A DNA stretch of 64,000 nucleotides from Octopus sinensis (taxonomy: Eukaryota). Within the stretch, counting starts at the first letter, position 1, and every line of letters starts with the position of its first letter. The DNA lies in contig NC_042999.1 of NCBI RefSeq assembly GCF_006345805.1, positions 108,066,001 through 108,130,000 of the forward strand, written 5' to 3'. Position numbers and translations under genes: made by a program. Shown in pieces: positions 1 to 12,223 of this stretch. The notes under the pieces were generated by a model. It ran no database searches. It saw only the letters and a list, made by a program, of their open reading frames with translations, and was not told where the DNA came from.

Positions 1-1140
1 ATTTTATTGAATTTTTAGGCAAGGTACTTCACTGAATATTTCTTGGCACCAGTCCTTCTTTGTGATGCATTAGTTAAAATTAGAAAAATAATCAAGCTAT
101 AAAATATGTGTTCAGACTTTTAATACAACTATTTAAATTTATAAGCTACACAATTAATATTAGCAAGGGAAAATAGGATGAAAAATAAAACCATCAGAAT
201 ACTCTTCTTATTCCTTAATAATATTTTACATAATTGAGTAAAATAATTCACATTAAACTTTATAGTTTCATATTTATTTAGCAAGTAATATGATTATGCA
301 GAGTAATGATAAAACTGACTAGAATACATAAATCAAATTACATTCATGCATGCACACACACACAAGTTTACATTTAATATTCTTCTTCTCATTTTCTCCA
401 GTATTGACCAGGTGTTGTTGACTCTCTGAGGAAAGTTACTAAATATTTAACAAATGCTTAACTATCCAGTCATTTTCTACTTTTAGCTCATACATTAATT
501 AATCTTACTTCAGATGTTCATAGATTGCTATTAATTGAGAGGTTTCATGCCACAGTTTAGTTATATTTAAAAGATTTAATAGGGATTCCTCTTATGTAAT
601 TACAACTAATATTGATGAAGTTAATGTTGACAGTTCCCTATTTTCGCATGAATTTTTGTTCTAATGTAGTTATTGTTTATTTTCATAAATGAAATTTAAT
701 GAAAATATTTCTAATTAGTAACTAATTAATGACATTTCAATAGATGATTCACAAATTTATAAAGACTGTAGTAAATTTTATGTTCAACTAGCAAAAAAAA
801 AAAGAAAGATAAAATTCAAAAATTAATAAAGAAAAATAAAGGTGCAAAATGCTATCATTGTCTTTGTTACTGATATCCTTTTGTGCTTCCATGTTAGCAT
901 GATTTAAGTGAACTTGATGGATCACATTATTGTTCAGCTAGTGCAGAACTGTGATGAAACTGGAATCCAGATAGTATTTTTTATTATTATTGTGGAGGTG
1001 AAATTAATGATTTCAGTGTGTAAATGACCATTTTTGCCAACTTCAAAAGCTAGTGAATAGTGGAGAGAATTCCATGCATTTGTCATTATAATGTGTGCCT
1101 TTCAAACTGTTAACTGGCATTGCATCAGTTATGATGATGA

Positions 1141-1429
1141 GGGTTCCAGTTAATTCAATCAACAGAACAACCTGCTCGTGAAATTAATATGCAAGTGGCT
1201 GAGCTCTCTACAGACATCTTTACCATTAATGTAGTTCTCAGGAAGATTCAGTGCGACACAGAACCTGATGTTGGTCCTTTGACTTACAGGTACAACTAAT
1301 TTTTGCCAGCTGAGTGGACCAGTGCAATGTGAAATAAAGTGTCTTGCCCAAGGACACAACACACTTGGTTTTCAAACTTGTGACCTTACAATCATGAGCT
1401 AAATATCTTAACGACTTAGCCACACACCT
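1141..1429 (-). mobile_element. Degenerate tRNA-derived SINE (here 'family C')
   Basis: Shares the core TTTGCCAGCTGAGTGGAC...AAGTGTCTTGCCCAAGGACACAAC with 6435-6677 and 57820-58110; head remnant at right end. Confidence 0.75.
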
Positions 1430-1455
1430 TCAAACTATTAGGATTCAGAAATATC

Positions 1456-1687
1456 GAAGGTGACAAGCTGGCAGAAACGTTAGCACGCTGGGCAAAATGC
1501 TTAGCAGTATTTCGTCTGCTGCTATGTTCTGAGTTCAAATTCCGCCGAGGTCAACTTTGCCTTTAATCCTTTCGGGGTTGATAAATTAAGTACCAGTTAT
1601 GCACTGGGGTCAATATAATCAACTTAATCCATTTGCCTGTCCTTGTTTGTCCCCTCTGTGTTTAGCCCCTTGTGGGTAGTAAAGAAA
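1456..1687 (+). mobile_element. Near-intact tRNA-derived SINE ('family A') with 17-bp target-site duplication
   Basis: A-box-like AGCTGGCAGAAACG, B-box GAGTTCAAATTCC; TSD TAGGATTCAGAAATATC at 1439-1455 and 1688-1704. Confidence 0.9.
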
Positions 1688-2076
1688 TAGGATTCAGAAA
1701 TATCACTGTTTCAACAATGGTGTAATCAATTAAGAAAATATTATCTTTCAGTTTCAGGCACCAGGCACACAACTATTATAGTTCATTCAAATCCTTGTAG
1801 TTTGCTCCATTCCAGGAGCACAAATAAGCAAACTACTAGAAAATATTGACATTTGATATATAATTTATCCTTTTTTCAAGCATTTGCAGCTCTAAGCTAG
1901 CTGATGTTTTGTGAATGGGATTAGAAAATGGAAATTCTATGGAAACCCATCATGCATGTGGCAAGAGTTGCATGAATGCTGTCATTTCTGCTTCTTACCT
2001 GAGATCAAAATTGGTGATTCATTGTTGGCATTAATCTCCTAATATAATAATGAATGTGGTGTTTTTATATATTTGA

Positions 2077-2113
<37 letters not shown>

Positions 2114-2375
2114 CAAAAAATCCCGCAGGTGGGAGTAGGAGAAAGAGTAAGTGAAGGGAGAGGAGAGAAAATAGTAATTCAGTGAAGGAGAAGTAGTGAG
2201 AGTGATAGCCATGACTGAGAGGGAGTGAGAGAAGGTAATAGTAATGAGAGAGAGAGGAAGTGGCAAAGAGTGTATCATGTATCTTATACAGTAATAATAT
2301 TCTTGTGTTTTTCTCCATCACAAAATATGAATGAGAAAGGAAGAGGTGATAGATGAATAACGAAGGAAGGGGGGA

Positions 2376-2570
2376 AAATCAGCATTTCAACTCTGTGTGA
2401 GTAGAGTATATGTGCTTGTGTGTAAAAGGGAGGTATGTAAATGTTTGTGTGGATGTGCAATGGAAGTGGGATGGTGAACATTCAATGCTGAAAAGAAAAA
2501 TCAAACAGCATTTCAACTTTGTGTGAGTGTGTGTGTATACAAGGGAAATATGTGAATGTTTGTATCTGTG
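2376..2570. repeat. Diverged ~75-bp local direct duplication
   Basis: CAGCATTTCAACT(C/T)TGTGTGAGT...AAGGGA...ATGT(A/G)AATGTTTGT occurs twice about 125 bp apart. Confidence 0.7.
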
Positions 2571-3024
2571 ATTATTATGTACCTTATTTATATATAAAAT
2601 ACTACAATTAGCCATCATTTTTTATGGCACAGGGTCAGCCAGTTTTTGAATAATACATATTGTAACTCAGTGATTATGATGTCTAGTAGATTAAAAAATC
2701 ATTTACTTGAAAAACATAAAGATTGGTAACAAGAAGGGCATCTAGTCATAAAATATTGTCTTCAATAAGTGCCCATTCAAAGCATGACAGCCTGGGAAAT
2801 CATTATCAATATCATTTTAATGTCAAGTTTTCCATGTTTGCATGGGTCAGATGGAGTTTGAGGCAGATTTTCAACAGCCATCTGTTATCGGCCCCAAACC
2901 GATATTTCTGGATGATATTTCTGGATGGCCAGATCTGCTTTCACAGAATACTGGAAATGAATGCTATTGCCTGGATGATACTGACACCCATTTACAACTA
3001 TCAAGCAATATTGAGAGAGACCCA

Positions 3025-3145
3025 CATGCTCTCTCTCCCGCCCTCTCTCTCTCTCCCTCGCCTCCTCTCTCTCTCTCCTCGCCTCCTCTCTCTTGCCCTC
3101 CCCCTCTCTCCCTCCCTCTCTCTTTCTCTCTCTCTCTCTCTCTCA
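3025..3145. repeat. (CT)n / polypyrimidine low-complexity tract
   Basis: Direct reading; explains the S/L/P-rich ORFs at 2723-3282. Confidence 0.95.
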
Positions 3146-3157
3146 CGCACACACACC

Positions 3158-3276
3158 TTTCAGTTTCTTACCAAATCCAATCGCAATACTTTGGCTTGCC
3201 CAGGATTATGGTAGGGGATTCTTGCCAAAGGTGCAACATTGTGGGGCTGAACCAGAAACCATGTGACTGTGAAGCA
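3158..3276 (-). mobile_element. SINE 'family B' head, degenerate
   Basis: Reverse complement matches the head seen at 45092-45240 (GGTTC(C/T)GGTTCAG..CC..GGCACCTTGGGCAAG..GGATTTGGTAGA.GGAAACTG). Confidence 0.7.
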
Positions 3277-4280
3277 AAATGATATTAAGGCATGAACGAA
3301 CTCTAAAATGGATGGATTTTATATCATCGAACCAGAGAGCAGTTTCAAGTGGGTTGGTATCCAATGGGTTTTCACAAACAATTAATTACAGGCAAAGACA
3401 TTAATGTGAAACCAATAGCTATTATGACCCAGATATTACTATCAAGTTTCACAGATTTAGTTAGAAAATTTCTTTAGTGCGTGATCAGATATTTCATAAT
3501 CTGTTTGATATTTCTTTACACAATCTTACCATTTATCTCAGAACATAAATTCTCATTCTTTCTCTATTCATTAAACTCAATGACATTTATCCTAAAGTAA
3601 GATATCAGAACAGAGATACATTTGCTTAGAGTTCAAAGAAAAAATTATAAAAAAAGAAATTAATTTGTCATTATTCTCCTGTGATAAATGATATCTTGAT
3701 TCAGAAGCATTTATGTCAATAATATCCATTGAGAATAAAATTGTTTCATCTGGATTTATTCATTGAATTTTTATGAGGGAACTGCATTTATTGCAACTAT
3801 GTATACTTGAATCCTTGTGATTGTGAATTTGTGTATGAGTGTTTTGTGCATGTGTGTGTGTGTGTGAATGTGTGCATAAGTCTGTATGTGTGTTTGGAGT
3901 TTAAAACTAAGTACTCAATACGAAAACAGAGTGTAATTCTTCATTACAGTACTGATTAATCTCTGTTACTATTCAAAGTTTCTGGGAGTCTTGCTAGTCA
4001 TGCAATAAAAGGCTGGATTATAAAGTATGATAAACAATCTAGATATGGGTGGCACCTGTGGAAGCATAAAGAGGATAGTCATTATGAAAAAGCATCAAGA
4101 AAAATTATTATTCAACAAAAAATATTTGGCATCTCCAGCCACAAAATTGATGAAGATAAAAATGAAAACAAAAGCCATAAGTTAGAAAATGAATGATAAA
4201 ATTACAAAGAACAAATGCATAAAATTATCATATAAATATGAATATACTTATGTGTGTGTGTGTGTGTATATATATGTATG

Positions 4281-4311
<31 letters not shown>

Positions 4312-4537
4312 ATATATCCAAGAGTTATAGAATGGCTACATATGCTTCATAGTAAGTAGAACTTTGAAAATAGTTTATTATACTTCAGAAGTGGTAAAAT
4401 TTAAAACATACCACACCAATAAACCACTGTTGTTCCTGAAAGTTGCCTTTTGTATATTTTCTACGGATTGCTTGAAGCTTACTTTTTTCTTGCGCCTTTA
4501 TCTTTGGATCTTACATTTATTTATCTATCTATCTGTC

Positions 4538-4571
<34 letters not shown>

Positions 4572-4609
4572 TGAGTACATGTGTACACACATACATGCAT
4601 ACATATACA

Positions 4610-4990
4610 CTTTCTGGCACAGCTCAGTGGTAAAGAAGTTCACTTTGTAACCATGTGGTTTCAAGTTCAGTTCCAGGACAAGGATCGTCCACACTAGCCT
4701 GAGGTTAACCAATGTGTTGTGAATGAAATTATGTACATGGACACTATTAAAACCTGTCATGTGTGTGTGTGTTTGTGAGAGAGAATGTATGTTCCCTTGC
4801 ATGTGTTTGCACTGCATGAGCATCATAGATGTTTGTTTATGTATCACAGCTCAGTTGTTCAATGTGCAAAGAGCAGTTGAATAAAGTATCTTATCAAAAA
4901 AAAAAATTAAAAATTAAGAGCTGGTGTCAGGAAGGGCATCTGATTGTAGTTTTCCTCAAGAAATCTTGTTCAACCCATGCTTGCATAGAA
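4610..4990 (+). mobile_element. Degenerate SINE (family B-like head, RTE-type tail)
   Basis: GGCACAGCTCAGTGGTAAAGAAG...CCATGTGGTTTCAAGTTCAGTTCC head, internal (GT)n, tail TTCAACCCATGCTTGCATAGAAAAAGTGGATG. Confidence 0.65.
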
Positions 4991-5370
4991 AAAGTGGATG
5001 TGAGAGTGACAATGCTGATAAAATATTTATTATATCATGAATTATCTTATTGTATACTGCAGCTGTAGTCTTGATTAGAAAACAGAACGTTTACACTGCC
5101 TAACCACAATGATTTTGTTCATTTGCTGTTAATATATATTTTAATTTAAAATGGTTGCTATTGTTCATTAAAAGTTCTAACAAATTTTAATTGCAATTAA
5201 ATAAAGGTGATCACTATGTGAAGTTTCATTTTTTTAAAGATTATTTAAATTTTCTAATATAATGTATGTACATACATTATATAATATACTTACATATTAT
5301 AATCATATAGATATGTTTATATGAATGTGAGTATATTTCTATATGGCAATGTGTAGAGTTATATATATAC

Positions 5371-5406
<36 letters not shown>

Positions 5407-5846
5407 CGCATGTATATAATATTTTGTAGAAGATATCCAATAATTGTATAAAAGATACAAAATTGCTTGGTCTGATCCAAACTGCATATTGGATGCATGT
5501 TTTTAAATGGATCTGAAAAGATGGACTGTGATGGTTTATTGAGAGGAAAGAGGATGTGTGAACACAAGCACACACACACTTATGTGCAGAACATGCTTCA
5601 GAATGCCTAAAAAATTGTACAATATATATAAGCCCACAGCTATTTATTTGTAAGTCTTCATTATGGAGATCAGTGGTAGTTGAAAAACATCTTAATTTTT
5701 TTTATGTAAACAAAACAGTTATTTGTGATACATCCACAAAATAGCACACACATGTACTTGTCTCTGTGTGAGGGTTTCCACCCTTAAACTGCATTATATC
5801 ATAAATGCTTCTGCATGTCACCAACTTTATGTATTTAAATACTTAC

Positions 5847-5945
5847 TACAATAAACATACACTTCATTTAAAAGGTTCCGAAGAAACTTTATGATGTTAC
5901 ACAAGAACTCAGCTCTGAATGCTATGCTTCTTGCAGCAAAAACAG
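5847..5945 (-). other. Candidate internal exon (99 nt, phase 1-1), unidentified product VFAARSIAFRAEFLCNIIKFLRNLLNEVYVYC
   Basis: Minus-strand ...TTACAG acceptor and GTAAGT donor, one open frame; no recognised homology; could be chance. Confidence 0.2.
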
Positions 5946-6371
5946 CTGTAAGCTAATGAAAGTGATTATGTAGCTCCTGTTCTTTTGACATATATTAATT
6001 AATATATACATACATATATGCATGTACACATATGCAACCATATATAACTCTTTAGTATTCAGATTATTCTGTCAAAGGTAATGCTTGTTTAAATACATTG
6101 TTTTGAATTTTTCATGCAATATCTTGTGGCTTCAAGATTTCAATGATGTGGTTGTTTATTTTTACAATGACATTGTTGGGTAGTGTGAGGTGTTGGATCT
6201 GACCAGTTTGAATATAAAAGAAGCAAAATATTTTGGCTGGATATGTCTGGTTTAAATGCTAAAGGAATAAATATATGTATACATATATATGAATACATGT
6301 GTATGTGTATATATATCTGTATAAATATATCTATGTATACATATATTTGTACAAATATATACAAATATATT

Positions 6372-6423
<52 letters not shown>

Positions 6424-6434
6424 CTTTTTTTTTT

Positions 6435-6677
6435 GGTGCCCTTTTAAAGCCTAGCCAGGCTCATGGGCCCAGTTTCTATGGTGGCGTATGTGTTCCCTAG
6501 TTGGACAGGACACCAGTCCATCGCAGTGTTACTCATTTTTGCCAGCTGAGTGGACTGGAGCAATGTGAAATGAAGTGTTTTGCTCAATAACACAACACGT
6601 TGCTCGGTCCAGGAATCGAAACTACAATCTTGCGATCATGGTGCTGACACCCTAACCACTAAGCCATGCGCCTCCAC
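6435..6677 (-). mobile_element. tRNA-derived SINE ('family C'), well preserved
   Basis: Minus strand: A-box TGGCTTAGTGG, B-box GTTTCGATTCC, central GCGATGGACTGGTGTCCTGTCC core resembling V/Meta-type SINE cores (recalled), A-rich tail. Confidence 0.85.
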
Positions 6678-7299
6678 ATGGATACATATATGTGTCATAT
6701 AATTTTTAATGGTAATTTTGCTAAGACTATATTTTCTCAATGCATTCTTCTTGGTCCATGTAGCTGCCCACTCTTTGGGCGATTTCCTAAATGTTGCAAC
6801 ACAGTCTGTAATAAAAGATAAATGTGGTTTGAGAGTAAAAAAAAAAAAAAAGTTATTAAATGTTATTTCAATGAATATTTGTATAATTGTGAGATAGCTG
6901 AGAACCAAGTCCACTATTAGACTTATAGAATTTAGTTTCAGAGCATAATATTGAGAACAGATATCCACATACTTTTGCATGCTTGCACACATGATCACAC
7001 ATACATGTGCATGTGCACACACACATACACACACACACATTTTTATAAAAGCCTGCTTACAATTTACGTTTCATGAAATTTCTTATTGTATTTTATGAAT
7101 GCTTCTTTAGCTATAAGCTGTTTCTGTTGAAAATTAGTAACAAGAAGGCTGAGATAACTGGAAAATACATTCTTTATTCAGCAGAATTGGGATTATTCAT
7201 TTTACAAATGAGAATCCGTAAGAGTAGTAATTTTGTCGGGTTACATTAATAAAGTTCTGAAAGTTTAAGAAGTTGAGTTGTTAGATTAACTACAGGCAA

Positions 7300-7790
7300 G
7301 TAGTAGTTAATGATTGAACTCCGGGTGCTTACTTACTATTTGGCTAGCTGACAGCTTAACTGAGGAAACTAGCTGACTATCTGGAACTTACCTATTGGCT
7401 GAGAACTGTACTGGCTAGTAAGATTGCTTAATTTTTATAGCATGTGGATATGTATGAGTGTAAACATGTGTTGAGAGCAATTTCTGCAGGTTGTTGTTGT
7501 GCATTAGCCAGCAAATTAGTACTAGAGCTTCTGACCTTTAACTATATTCTATTCACAGATTTCCATTGTCTTTATTGAAAGGAATAAGGATGGTTCTTGC
7601 AGAATGCTTGGATGGTTTCTTTGAAAGGCTTGACAGTGAGGTATTCTGTTGACCTTAGGAATGTTTATGAGGGGCTTGGTCTTAATGAGATTTGTTGAGT
7701 CCATTGCTTTTGAAGGACTCAATGCTAATGGATTTGTTAAATTTAGATTTGAATTTCTCAACCATGTTGCTACTCATCTATTATATCATT
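7300..7790 (-). mobile_element. Possible degenerate LINE 5' region/ORF1 remnant
   Basis: Interrupted minus-strand frame MVEKFKSKFNKSISIESFKSNGLNKSH*...; no diagnostic motif. Confidence 0.2.
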
Positions 7791-9189
7791 CATGTGTGAT
7801 TTTTCCATTTTGACTTTCAGATAATTTATTTAGTATTATAACTTACAAGGATATTGATGTAGAAGTTCTATTGTCAATAAACTCCCCATATTAAGTTATG
7901 AACATACATGAAGATATAACCTCCATACTTCTAAGAATTACTAATTTTAATAAGAGCTTAAGGCAGGATGCTCATTCATGAAATAATGAAGTTTCATTCT
8001 TCTGATTTACAAAGTTGATTACAATGGAAGCTGAAAATACTGATACTCAATGAAGATAAACTTAAATGGTATGAAATGCTAAATTAGCTTCTTCAAGTTT
8101 GTAAAAAGGGGTTATTAATGACTTACAAATTGATATTGGAATGTCATTAATTTCCTGTTCAGACTTCTTGTAAAATAAAATCAGGATTGATGTTAAGTTT
8201 ATATTTTGGATCAATAATTTCCATTGGGAAATAGTGGCAGAATTGAAATATCAAGAACTTTTCCTCACTATATGTCTTTATGGAATGTTAAGAACTAGAA
8301 TTCAAAGAAAGCATATGTAAACTAAGTTAGTGACATGGATATAATAGAAGTGAAATCATGAGTAACAGCTTTGCCAATGAAGAATTTCTCTGCAAACATC
8401 ATTTAATATATTTCTATCAAACATTAGTTGCTGTATCCTTAATCACAGTATTCATATACTATATATATATATTTTCATCAAAGTGTAAACAGTAACTATA
8501 TGAATACTATCCCCTTCTTGATATCTAAATAAAGTAAGTCTGCTTATTTGGACTTCTAAATAAAGATTGGTAAGCATTGTCAGCATTTATTGTGTATTTA
8601 GTAATGGCTATTGTCAAAAGCTTTTTATAAAAACACATGCACATTTATCTATGAATCTTTGGATGTAAGAATCCTGTTAGAAATATGGCAAAGTATTGAC
8701 AGGAATAATAGATATGGACATGAATATACTTTCCTTTATGTTTTGAATAATTTTTACTAAATCACTGTGCAAATAATCTGTGCATAAGATTCATTGCTAA
8801 GAAAATATTAGTTTCTTCAATCTGTACATATCTCAGTAGTCACAACAGCATCAACAACCATAAAATTAGAACTTGATATTTCTTTGTCAACAAGTCACTG
8901 ATCTTGGCTTCTATGTCTATGAATACAGAATTATTTGAAGCAGAACATTACTGTTTTCGGTACAAATGTACAAATTTTCTCAGTAGAGTAAAATGCATAA
9001 AGTAGTTGTAACTTCTTAGCTACATAGCCATTAAATATTTTTGGAAGCAACAGTAACAACTCTGAGATGATATCTGGCATTAAATAAAAGTTAAGAATAA
9101 TGTTTGAAATGTTCTTGTTTATTCTCAAAGTGCTTGCTAGACTGCAGTTAAGTAAACTTTGAGATTGTGACTTAAAAAAAAAACAACTA

Positions 9190-9590
9190 TAGGTGCAGGG
9201 GTGGGTGATGAAAAGTTTGTTTCCAAAGCTCATTGTTCCAGGTTCAATCCAACTGCATGACACCTTGTGCTGATATCTCTTATTATGGCCATGGGATGAC
9301 CAAAGCCTTGTGAGTGGATATGCTAGCTGTAAAATGAAAGAAGTCCATCATATGTGTATATGTGTGTGTGTTTGTGTTTGTCACCCATCATTGCTTGACA
9401 ACTGGTGTTGGTTTGTTTAGGTCTCTATAACTTAGCAATTTGGCCTAAGAGACTGATAGAACACATACCAGGCTTAAAAAGAAAATAAGTACTCAGGTCA
9501 TTTTGTTCAACTAAAAGCCTTCAAGGCACTACCCCATCCCCTCCCCCACAAGGTATCAGTCCAATGACCAAAACAAGTAAAAGATATATG
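9190..9590 (+). mobile_element. SINE 'family B', degenerate full length
   Basis: Colinear with 11319-11732: head, (GT)n, TGCTTGACAAC(T/C)GGTGTTGG, TAACTTAGC, tail AAACAAGTAAAAGA. Confidence 0.8.
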
Positions 9591-9673
9591 ATATCAGAAA
9601 AATTTAAACAAAGAATATTTTTAAGTATGATGAGAAGCTGTAAAAATTTATGATTTAATTAATGAACTATTTA

Positions 9674-10907
9674 TCAGGCAGAGTAAAAAGGAAGCAATGT
9701 TTTGAAACATGAAATTCATCCCAATATATTTCAACAATGGAGAAATTTTATTCCCCAAAGTAAGCACCATTACAATCAACACATTTTTTGCCAATGAGTT
9801 ACAAGTTTGTTTATTCCAGTAACATAAAAATCTGGAGTTCTGGAGCTGATGAACTCTTTGAATGCAGTTTTAGCATCAGTTTGATTTTTGAATTCCTTCT
9901 CTTGCAGGAAACCATCAAGGTACTTGAAAAGTAATAGTCAGTAGGAGAAAGGTCTGGGGAATAAGGTGGGTGGGGAGGAACTTCATAGCCAAGATCCCTC
10001 AACTTCTGGAGCATCATTAGTAAAACGCGTGGTTAAGCACTGTCATAAAGAATGACAGGCCCTCTTCTGTTGACCAGTCTGGGATGAAGGAGAAGCAGTT
10101 TTTTGTTTATTTTAGCAATTTCATGGCAATGTTTGTGCAGTAATGGTTTTTTCCAGGTTTTAAGAAGTTATAGTGGATGAATCCAGCAGTACACCACCAA
10201 ACAGTCACCATAACTTTATTTTTAAAGTGTTTGGGTTTAAGGAAGCTTTTCAGTGCTTCATTTTGGTCCAACCACTGCAAAGAACGTTTTTTATTATTGT
10301 ACAGAATCCACTTTTCATCACAAGTTACCATACAGTCGAAAAATGGATTGGTCTGGTTATGGAGAAGAGACAAGCAAATTTCATACCTGCACATTTTCTG
10401 ATATTCATTCAAATCATGTGGTACCCACTTGTCAAGATGCTTTGATATTCCAATCACATGCAAATGGTTGCAGGCAGATTTCTGGCTAACTTGAAGTTCT
10501 TTTGTCAGTTCTTGAGTGGTTTTACATGGATCTTTCTCAATGATGGTCTTAATTGACCATCATCAATGAGAAATGGGCATACGCTATGCTCACAATCTTC
10601 ACTGCAAAATCGTTTAAGCCAATTTTCAAACTGACCACTCACTCATCATTTCCTCATCAAACTTTTCGTTGGTATTGTGAGCAGTTTCAGCTGCTTTATG
10701 TCCTCTTTTGAAGTTGTATAGCAAAATTGCTCCAATATCACACTTTGACAGTTCCATTTCAAATTATTCTAACAACGGGAAAAAAATATCAATGTTTATT
10801 ATCAGACAATTGCAAAAACAAAATGCTTACAAAAATTCAAAACTCTGCAAAAATCCAGTACAAATTCTTCATGGTTCAAAACATTGCTTACTTTTTACTC
10901 AGCCTGA
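9674..10907 (-). mobile_element. Full-length mariner (Tc1/mariner, D,D34D) DNA transposon, inactivated
   Basis: 30-bp TIRs TCAGGC(A/T)GAGTAAAAAG(G/T)AAGCAATGTTTT at 9674-9703 and 10878-10907 (2 mismatches); TA TSD at 9672-9673 and 10908-10909; internal transposase remnant. Confidence 0.95.
9748..10757 (-). pseudogene. Mariner transposase pseudogene
   Basis: MELSKCDIGAILLYNFKRGHKAAETA N-terminus; WVPHDL; VTCDEKW; ILYDSA*; HPPYSPDLSPTDY with 34 residues between 2nd and 3rd catalytic Asp; C-terminal KLVTHWQK/CVDCNGAYF; several stops and frameshifts. Confidence 0.95.
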
Positions 10908-11318
10908 TAGATGATGAGAAATTAAGATACTTAGTTAACATGCTATTTCAATTTACAAGTTATTTAAGTTGTTATATAAAAATATTAACATAACATTCTA
11001 CCAAAGAATCAGATATATATTATTATATCTTTATGAAAAGTGTAATCTCTAGAAAGTAACTTTGAGTTAATTACCTTCACCGTTTCTCATCAAAATTACT
11101 TCATTCTGATATTTTTACTCTGTTGTTTTTTTTTTGCACATTTTCACTCTTCAGCTAGTTTGTCTGTTATTAAATTTTTTGAAATATTAACTTTCTTTTA
11201 AGCAAGTTAAGTATTTAAATCATTTGTTAACTTGACTATCATTTTCCTTCCTTGATAAATATATTTTGAATTTTTCTGCTAAAACATTATAAAAGTTATT
11301 AAATTTTTGTATATTACT

Positions 11319-11475
11319 AGGTGTGGCTGTGTGGTAAGAAGCTTACTTGCCAACCACATGGTTCTGGGTTCAGTCCCACTGCATAGCACTTTAAGCAAGT
11401 GTGTCTTCTACTATAGCCTCAGGCTATCAAAGCCTCATGAGTGGTTTTGGTAGACAGCAACTGAAAGAAACCCAT

Positions 11476-11510
<35 letters not shown>

Positions 11511-11732
11511 GTGTGTGTGTTAGTGTTCGTGTTTGTCCCCCACTACTGCTTGACAACCAGTGTTGGTGTGTTTATCTCCCTGTAACTTAGCAGTTCTGCA
11601 AAAGAGATCAACAGAATAAGTACAAGGCTTAAAAACAAAAATACTGAGGTCAATTCATTTGGCTAAAAATTCTTAGAGGCAGTGCCCCAGCATGGCACAG
11701 TCTAATAATGAAAACAAATAAAAGATAAAGAT
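11319..11732 (+). mobile_element. SINE 'family B', full length
   Basis: Head GTGGCTGTGTGGTAAG...GGTTCTGGGTTCAGTCCCACTG, TCTTCTACTATAGCC, internal (GT)n, tail AAATAAAAGATAAAGAT. Confidence 0.88.
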
Positions 11733-12187
11733 ACTATTTTCATTCTTAGGAAAATTTCTTTGCATAGTTGAAATGATAAATGTAACATGTATTTCTAAAA
11801 AGTTAAAGATAAAGCGATTAAAACAGATGTTTTGCCTTCACTGTCTAGAAGTGAAACAAGTGTATTATGCTTTTGATAACTTTTTATGTTGCTTCTTGAC
11901 TATGTTTTCTACCCCTCCCCCTCAGCCAAGTAGAATAGTAACAGTTAAATGGGAGAGGTGTATTGAATTTTTGCCTTTGATAGTTTTTTATTCTTAAGAA
12001 TAGTAAGGATAGTTGGATAATATTGATACTCAGTTTTAACTTTTAAAGGTCATTTGTTAAGGGGGAAACAAGTTCAGTTGTTAATTCAGAGTTACATCCT
12101 CTGGATAAATTGTAAGTCTACCATAAATACCATTTCCAAGAACATATATTGTAAGTGGTTGTTGATAAGCATTTTCTGGAAACTCAC

Positions 12188-12223
12188 TTTTTCCTTGTAC
12201 ACTGAGGCAATCTCTAGTTTGTA
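12188..12223 (-). other. Candidate 36-nt exon (YKLEIASVYKEK or xQTRDCLSVQGK)
   Basis: Minus-strand TTAATACTTCTCAG acceptor and AAA|GTGAGT donor; no homology recognised. Confidence 0.18.

Noticed and set aside
850-1100. Minus-strand peptide fragments vaguely LINE-like (NAWNSL, KRISVTKTMIAF)
   Set aside because: Motifs are out of expected order and interrupted; not enough to call a LINE.
2723-3282. 163-aa and 146-aa ORFs in the track
   Set aside because: Built from a SINE-tail remnant plus (CT)n; low-complexity translation.
7559-7640. Exon-like segment FPLSLLKGIRMVLAECLDGFFERLDSE
   Set aside because: Lies within a probable LINE remnant on the other strand; GTATTC donor is weak.
8281-8302. 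miR-1-like start TGGAATGT
   Set aside because: Diverges after the seed and no hairpin partner is evident.
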